Shown: positions 57,630-64,000 of the stretch, in pieces
How the letters are laid out: each line of letters opens with the position of its first letter
Numbering within the stretch: position 1 is the stretch's first letter
Assembly (NCBI GenBank): GCA_041664285.1
Contig: JBAYLA010000004.1
Span: 3,171-67,170, forward strand
Reading direction: 5' to 3'
From: Minisyncoccota bacterium
Lineage (GTDB): Bacteria; Patescibacteriota; Minisyncoccia; Phycocordibacterales; UBA9973
Length of the DNA: 64,000 nt
Made by a program: the position numbers and the translations under genes
Notes under the pieces: generated by a model
The model's database searches: none
Seen by the model: the letters and a program-made list of their open reading frames with translations, nothing else
Told to the model about the DNA's origin: nothing

Positions 57630-58550
57630 TCATTTTTTTGAAATAATTTCAATTGCTTTACTAAATAAAGGTATTATATCGTTGTAAATACGAAGTTCCG
57701 GAATAGCCGAAAGTGGAAACCACCGAGCTGCATCTAGCCCACCAGACTTTTCTAAAACAAGTTCTTTATGCTCACTCTTCGCTAAAAAATAAACTACCTT
57801 CTTTAAACTTTTTCCAGAGAGAGGATGAGTGGCCACATATTCATTCTCCCCCAATTTTTCTTCTATTTCAATATCTAATCCAATTTCTTCTTTGATTTCT
57901 CTCACAGTCGCATCCTCCTCTTTTTCACCCTTTTCAATACTTCCCTTACTAATAGTCCAGTATCCAAAAACATCGTGAACTAAAGCAAACATAATTTTAC
58001 CGTCTTTTTTGTTGTCTTCCCTGGCATAAACAAGCGCTCCCCCCTTTTTATCAATTGGTAATTTAGAAATATCTACTACCTCTTCGTGTTTCTTTTTTTT
58101 ACTAATTTGCTCTTTGCATGGCTCACCTATTTCTTTGTAAACTGCCCCCAGAACACCATTAACAAATTTACTAGAATTTTCTCCACCAAAAGTTTTTGCT
58201 AATTCTATAGCCTCATTGATGGCCACCTTTGGAGGAACTTCTTTGCGATCACCGAAAAGAAGTTCGGCTAAGCCGATTCTTAAAATATTTCTATCAATAA
58301 TAGAAATTTTATCAATAGGCCAGTCTGGAGCGGCCTTTTCTATGATTTCATCAATTACTCGTTGTTTTTTAATAACTTGATTTAATAGTGAAAATACAAA
58401 AACATCATCCTCGCAACCAGGAGCAAATTCTTTTAAATTTCTTTTTAGGACATTCTCAATGCTGTCTTTACTAGCTTTAATTCCCTCTGAAAAATCCCAC
58501 TCAAAAAGCGTCTGAAGAACTATTGATCTGGAAAGGTGCCGATTTGCCAT
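57630..58550 (-). CDS. nusB: NusB-Nudix fusion protein: N-terminal NusB antitermination domain plus C-terminal Nudix hydrolase domain
   Basis: Residues about 1-145 NusB-like (SRSIVLQTLFEWDF....AINEAIELAKTFGGENSSKFVNGVLGAV). C-terminal domain carries the Nudix box GSIEKGEKEEDATVREIKEEIGL. Confidence 0.75.
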   Translation of the reverse strand: MANRHLSRSIVLQTLFEWDFSEGIKASKDSIENVLKRNLKEFAPGCEDDVFVFSLLNQVIKKQRVIDEIIEKAAPDWPIDKISIIDRNILRIGLAELLFGDRKEVPPKVAINEAIELAKTFGGENSSKFVNGVLGAVYKEIGEPCKEQISKKKKHEEVVDISKLPIDKKGGALVYAREDNKKDGKIMFALVHDVFGYWTISKGSIEKGEKEEDATVREIKEEIGLDIEIEEKLGENEYVATHPLSGKSLKKVVYFLAKSEHKELVLEKSGGLDAARWFPLSAIPELRIYNDIIPLFSKAIEIISKK

Positions 58551-58587
58551 AAATTAATGAACGAAATGAATATAATTTATGAGCATC

Positions 58588-58616
58588 CCGAGCGCGCCTG
58601 CGCGAGGGGCGCCATA
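58588..58616 (-). terminator. GC-rich hairpin immediately downstream of rpmF (putative terminator)
   Basis: cccgagcgcgcctgcgcgaggggcgcc is a GC-rich imperfect palindrome in an AT-rich context. The tail is AT-rich rather than a clean U-run, so confidence is modest. Confidence 0.4.
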
Positions 58617-58617
58617 A

Positions 58618-58848
58618 TTATTTACTTTCTTCTGCCTTTTTTGCTTTAGCTTTCTTTTGCTTCTTTTCTGTCTTTTTGATTAAGTCTAAAACTTTTTTAC
58701 CACGGTAAAAACCACAACCAGAACAAACTGTGTGTCGTCTTTTTAAAGCTTTGCAATTCTCACAATTAGAGAAACTCGTACTCTCCAAAGCATGGTGAGA
58801 ACGTCGGTTCTTTGTATGCGATTTTGTATGTCTCATTCGTACTACCAT
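58618..58848 (-). CDS. rpmF: 50S ribosomal protein L32 with a Lys-rich C-terminal extension
   Basis: MRHTKSHTKNRRSHHAL then Cys pairs (CENC...CSGC) typical of zinc-ribbon L32. The start may be the internal Met (MRHTK...). Confidence 0.7.
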   Translation of the reverse strand: MVVRMRHTKSHTKNRRSHHALESTSFSNCENCKALKRRHTVCSGCGFYRGKKVLDLIKKTEKKQKKAKAKKAEESK

Positions 58849-58874
58849 AATGTGTTTATACTAGCATATTAAAG

Positions 58875-60665
58875 ATGAAAAGCAAAATAAAGTGTGATAT
58901 TATTAAAAATATGAAAAAAGATGACAAATTGAGTAATCTGAGACACACTTTGGCTCACCTGCTCGCAGCTTCAGTCGGAGAAATATATAAATTTGATAAA
59001 ATAAAAATTACCTTAGGCCCTGTGGTAGATAATGGCTTTTATTATGATATCGATTTTGGTGAAGAAAAAGTATCCGACACAGATTTAAAGAAAATAGAGG
59101 ATGTAATGCGAAAAAGACTACCTAAATGGACGCAGTGGGAGCATAAAGAAATATCAAAAGAAGAAGCTCTAAAATTTTTCAAAAATGAATATAAAGTAGA
59201 GTTAATAAACGAAATTGCTGACCGTGGAGAAAAAATTACCACATATACTTGTGGGGGTTTTACTGATTTATGCCGTGGTGGACATTTGAAAAATCCCTCC
59301 CAAGAGATAGATCCACAATGTTTTAAACTCGACCGTGTCGCTGGAGCATATTGGCGTGGAGATGAAAAAAACAAAATGCTCACCCGTATTTATGGTTTAG
59401 CGTTTGAAACCAAAGAAGAATTAGATGCTTATATTCTTCAGCAAGAAGAAGCCAGAAAAAGAGACCACCGAAAAATTGGGAAAGAACAAGACCTATTTGT
59501 ATTTTCTGATTTAATTGGAAGTGGAATGCCAATGTTTACACCTAAAGGCAGCATAATACGTAATGCAATAATTAATTTCTCAAGAGAGTTAAATGCGGAA
59601 CTTGGTTTTGGAGAAGTTCATACCCCAAACTTTAATAAAGCAGAATTATTCAAAATTTCTGGACATTACGAAAAATACAAAGAAGATATGCTAACGGTAC
59701 GTTCACAATATAGTGAAGAAGATTTTTTTCTAAAACCAATGAACTGTCCACAACATACTCAAATTTATGCCTCTAGACCAAGAAGCTATAGGGATTTACC
59801 AATTCGTTATTCTGATTTTGCAAATTTATATAGAGACGAGAGACCAGGAGAATTAAATGGTTTAACAAGACTTAGGTGTTTTTGCCAAGATGATGGCCAT
59901 TCATTCTGTAGAGAAGATCAAGTAAAACAAGAATTTGAAAATATCCTCGGAGTAATTAAAAAAGCTCTGACGACTTATGGAATGAATTACAAAATAAGAC
60001 TTTCTCTTTGGGATCCAGAAAAGAAAGAAAAATACTTAGGTGATGTTAAAGACTGGGAAACATCTCAATTGATTCTTGAGAGTATTTTAAATGAAAATAA
60101 AATTGAATACGAAAAAGCTGTTGGTGAAGCTGCTATCTATGGCCCTAAAATGGACATAATCACCAAAGACTCTTTGGGAAGAGAATGGCAGATTTCTACA
60201 ATCCAGCTTGATTTCATCATGCCTCAAAGATTTAAACTAACTTATAACGACAAAGATGGCAAAGAAAAAACTCCAGTAATGATCCATCGAGCCATAGTCG
60301 GCTCTCCAGAAAGATTTCTTGGGATTCTTATCGAGCACTACGCTGGTAACTTCCCTCTCTGGCTTGCTCCTGTACAAGTGAAAGTTATTCCAGTACGCAC
60401 CAACCATAACGAATATGCGAAACAAGTTTTTGATTTATTGAAAGAACGAGATATTCGTGTAGAATTAGATGACGCTGAAGAAAATTTGGGTGGAAAGGTT
60501 CGTGATGCAAAAAATAATAAAATACCTTATTGGATAGTTGTCGGTGATAAAGAAATAGAAGCCAATAAGGTAACCTTAGAATCTCGAGACAATGGCCAGC
60601 TCGGCCAAATATCAAAAGAGGAACTTTTGAAAAAACTTTTGGATGAAATAAATGATAAGAAATAA
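58875..60665 (+). CDS. thrS: Threonyl-tRNA synthetase lacking the N-terminal TGS domain
   Basis: Begins in the N2 editing domain (RHTLAHLLA, HxxxH). Class II core (motifs 1-3), zinc site (CPQHT...H...H) and C-terminal anticodon-binding domain. 596 aa. Confidence 0.85.
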   Translation: MKSKIKCDIIKNMKKDDKLSNLRHTLAHLLAASVGEIYKFDKIKITLGPVVDNGFYYDIDFGEEKVSDTDLKKIEDVMRKRLPKWTQWEHKEISKEEALKFFKNEYKVELINEIADRGEKITTYTCGGFTDLCRGGHLKNPSQEIDPQCFKLDRVAGAYWRGDEKNKMLTRIYGLAFETKEELDAYILQQEEARKRDHRKIGKEQDLFVFSDLIGSGMPMFTPKGSIIRNAIINFSRELNAELGFGEVHTPNFNKAELFKISGHYEKYKEDMLTVRSQYSEEDFFLKPMNCPQHTQIYASRPRSYRDLPIRYSDFANLYRDERPGELNGLTRLRCFCQDDGHSFCREDQVKQEFENILGVIKKALTTYGMNYKIRLSLWDPEKKEKYLGDVKDWETSQLILESILNENKIEYEKAVGEAAIYGPKMDIITKDSLGREWQISTIQLDFIMPQRFKLTYNDKDGKEKTPVMIHRAIVGSPERFLGILIEHYAGNFPLWLAPVQVKVIPVRTNHNEYAKQVFDLLKERDIRVELDDAEENLGGKVRDAKNNKIPYWIVVGDKEIEANKVTLESRDNGQLGQISKEELLKKLLDEINDKK

Positions 60666-60685
60666 TTTCTTATAAACTCTTTTTA

Positions 60686-61270
60686 ATGGAAAAAGATGAA
60701 GAACTAAAGAAAATACATGAGAAATGGTTCACAAATTGTAAATGTGAATTAAAGAAAACGGCTACCCAGCCTGTTCCCGGAGATGGTAATTCAAATTCAG
60801 AAATAGTTTTTATCGGCGAAGCCCCTGGCAAAGAAGAAGACAAGCAAGGCCGACCTTTTGTCGGGGCTGCGGGGAAATTCTTAGCTGAAATGCTTGATGT
60901 GATAAAACTAAAACGTGAAGAAATTTACATAACAAACATTGTAAAATATCGACCACCGAATAATCGCGATCCATTACCAGAAGAAAAAGACGCTTGCCGA
61001 GAATGGCTGATCGAAGAAATTAATTTTATAAACCCAAGACTGATAGTTTTTCTAGGTAGACACTCAATGAATGATTTTTTCCCAATCGAGAAAATCTCAG
61101 CAGTACACGGGAAACTTTTAATAAAAAAATTTAATCATATTAATACGAAACATTTTCTCCCTCTCTATCACCCAGCGGCTGCACTTTACAATGGAGGCAT
61201 GAGGGAAACTTTGACAAACGATTTTAAGAAAATTCCAAAAATTTTAGAAAAAATAGATAATGAAAAATAA
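60686..61270 (+). CDS. Uracil-DNA glycosylase, family 4 type
   Basis: GEAPGKEEDKQGRPFVGAAGKFL matches the family-4 UDG motif GE(A/G)PG...G.PFVG.AG. C-terminal HPAA motif region. Confidence 0.7.
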   Translation: MEKDEELKKIHEKWFTNCKCELKKTATQPVPGDGNSNSEIVFIGEAPGKEEDKQGRPFVGAAGKFLAEMLDVIKLKREEIYITNIVKYRPPNNRDPLPEEKDACREWLIEEINFINPRLIVFLGRHSMNDFFPIEKISAVHGKLLIKKFNHINTKHFLPLYHPAAALYNGGMRETLTNDFKKIPKILEKIDNEK

Positions 61271-61291
61271 AAGGTTTTTTATTTTTTATAT

Positions 61292-63406
<2,115 letters not shown>

Positions 63407-63413
63407 TCAAATT

Positions 63414-64000
63414 TTATCTCACTTGCCAACCAACCCCATTAGTCTTTTTATCCTTGATTTTATTGGTTATTTGGGTCATAATGTCGTTTACTTCTTGGTC
63501 TGTTAAAGTCCTTTCAAATGACTGAAAAACTAGCCGAAAAGCGTAAGAAATTTGATTCCCTTTTTTAAACTCATCGAATAGTTCTGGACCCTTAATTATC
63601 ATATTCCCCATATTTTCTTTGATTATTTTAGCAACATCTTCATTTATTACTCCTTCAGGCACCCATACTGCTACATCACGCGCAATAAAAGGAAACAGAG
63701 ACCACATTTTGAAAGCTGCGCCTGTGTGCTTTTGTAAATGGTCGACGTTGCGAAGCATGAGATCCTGGTCAAAAGTATCAGATTCGGCTTTCTTGTAAAA
63801 TTCATCGAGGCTCATTTCTTTAATTTCTTTTTTATCTCCATAAGCCACATGCATTTCTTCTTTGTCTTTTTTGAACACTGTTCCAATTTCAAAAATCTTT
63901 ATCTCGTTCATCCCCAGCAAAGGAGCGTTTAATTGGTTTAATTTCAAACTTTCTTTTAGACCATCAGTTAAATTCGTTCTTAAAAATTTTTTGTCTGAAG
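63414..64000 (-). CDS. pheT: Phenylalanyl-tRNA synthetase beta subunit, C-terminal fragment; the gene continues past the window end
   Basis: C-terminal FDX-ACB domain FPFIARDVAVWVPEGV....ELFDEFKKGNQISYAFRLVFQSFERTLTDQEV. The reading frame stays open upstream of the TTG at 63945-63947 to position 64000, so the apparent start in the ORF track is an artefact of the window edge. Confidence 0.75.
   Translation of the reverse strand, partial: SDKKFLRTNLTDGLKESLKLNQLNAPLLGMNEIKIFEIGTVFKKDKEEMHVAYGDKKEIKEMSLDEFYKKAESDTFDQDLMLRNVDHLQKHTGAAFKMWSLFPFIARDVAVWVPEGVINEDVAKIIKENMGNMIIKGPELFDEFKKGNQISYAFRLVFQSFERTLTDQEVNDIMTQITNKIKDKKTNGVGWQVR

Overview
This window is a gene-dense, low-GC (about one-third GC) bacterial chromosomal segment dominated by housekeeping genes, most of them on the minus strand. 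I infer a Candidate Phyla Radiation / Patescibacteria-type organism from the compact rpoB/rpoC, a ThrRS lacking the TGS domain, a minimal ProRS and a hinge-less short SMC.

Recognised content:
- Transcription: rpoB, rpoC, dnaG and rpoD are contiguous and co-directional.
- Translation: leuS, proS, thrS, a pheT fragment at the 3' window edge, rpsB-tsf, rpsP-KH-trmD, rpmF, ychF, tgt and one tRNA-Thr(UGU).
- RNA processing: RNase J, RNase R, rnc and a NusB-Nudix fusion.
- Envelope and other: gyrB, mreB-mreC, murJ, mscL, secG, a MacAB-like ABC export cluster with an HlyD adaptor, a TPM-LemA pair, a GT2 glycosyltransferase, and a fused D-Ala-D-Ala carboxypeptidase/CapA protein.
- I found no CRISPR array, rRNA, transposase or integrase.
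- Gene integrity argues for the standard genetic code: long ORFs are intact with UGA as stop.

Most notable observations:
1. leuS carries two foreign enzymatic domains inserted in-frame, a Nudix hydrolase and a YdeN/RBBP9-like alpha/beta serine hydrolase.
2. A GC-rich tandem double-hairpin element of about 28 nt, with a central GATC, occurs twice: in-frame in the 5' end of tgt and in the 5' intergenic leader of a DUF378 gene. The two copies differ by a compensatory base-pair change. A related single hairpin lies in the N-terminal extension of RNase J.
3. A near-identical segment of about 30 nt encodes QDL(L/M)LRNVD inside apparent lineage-specific insertions of two unrelated genes, tgt and pheT. 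This suggests a small in-frame mobile insertion element.
4. A tidy three-way-junction RNA structure sits in the rnc 5' leader and may be an RNase III autoregulatory substrate.
5. A NusB-Nudix fusion, a hinge-less SMC of about 750 aa, and several strong intergenic hairpins and palindromes.
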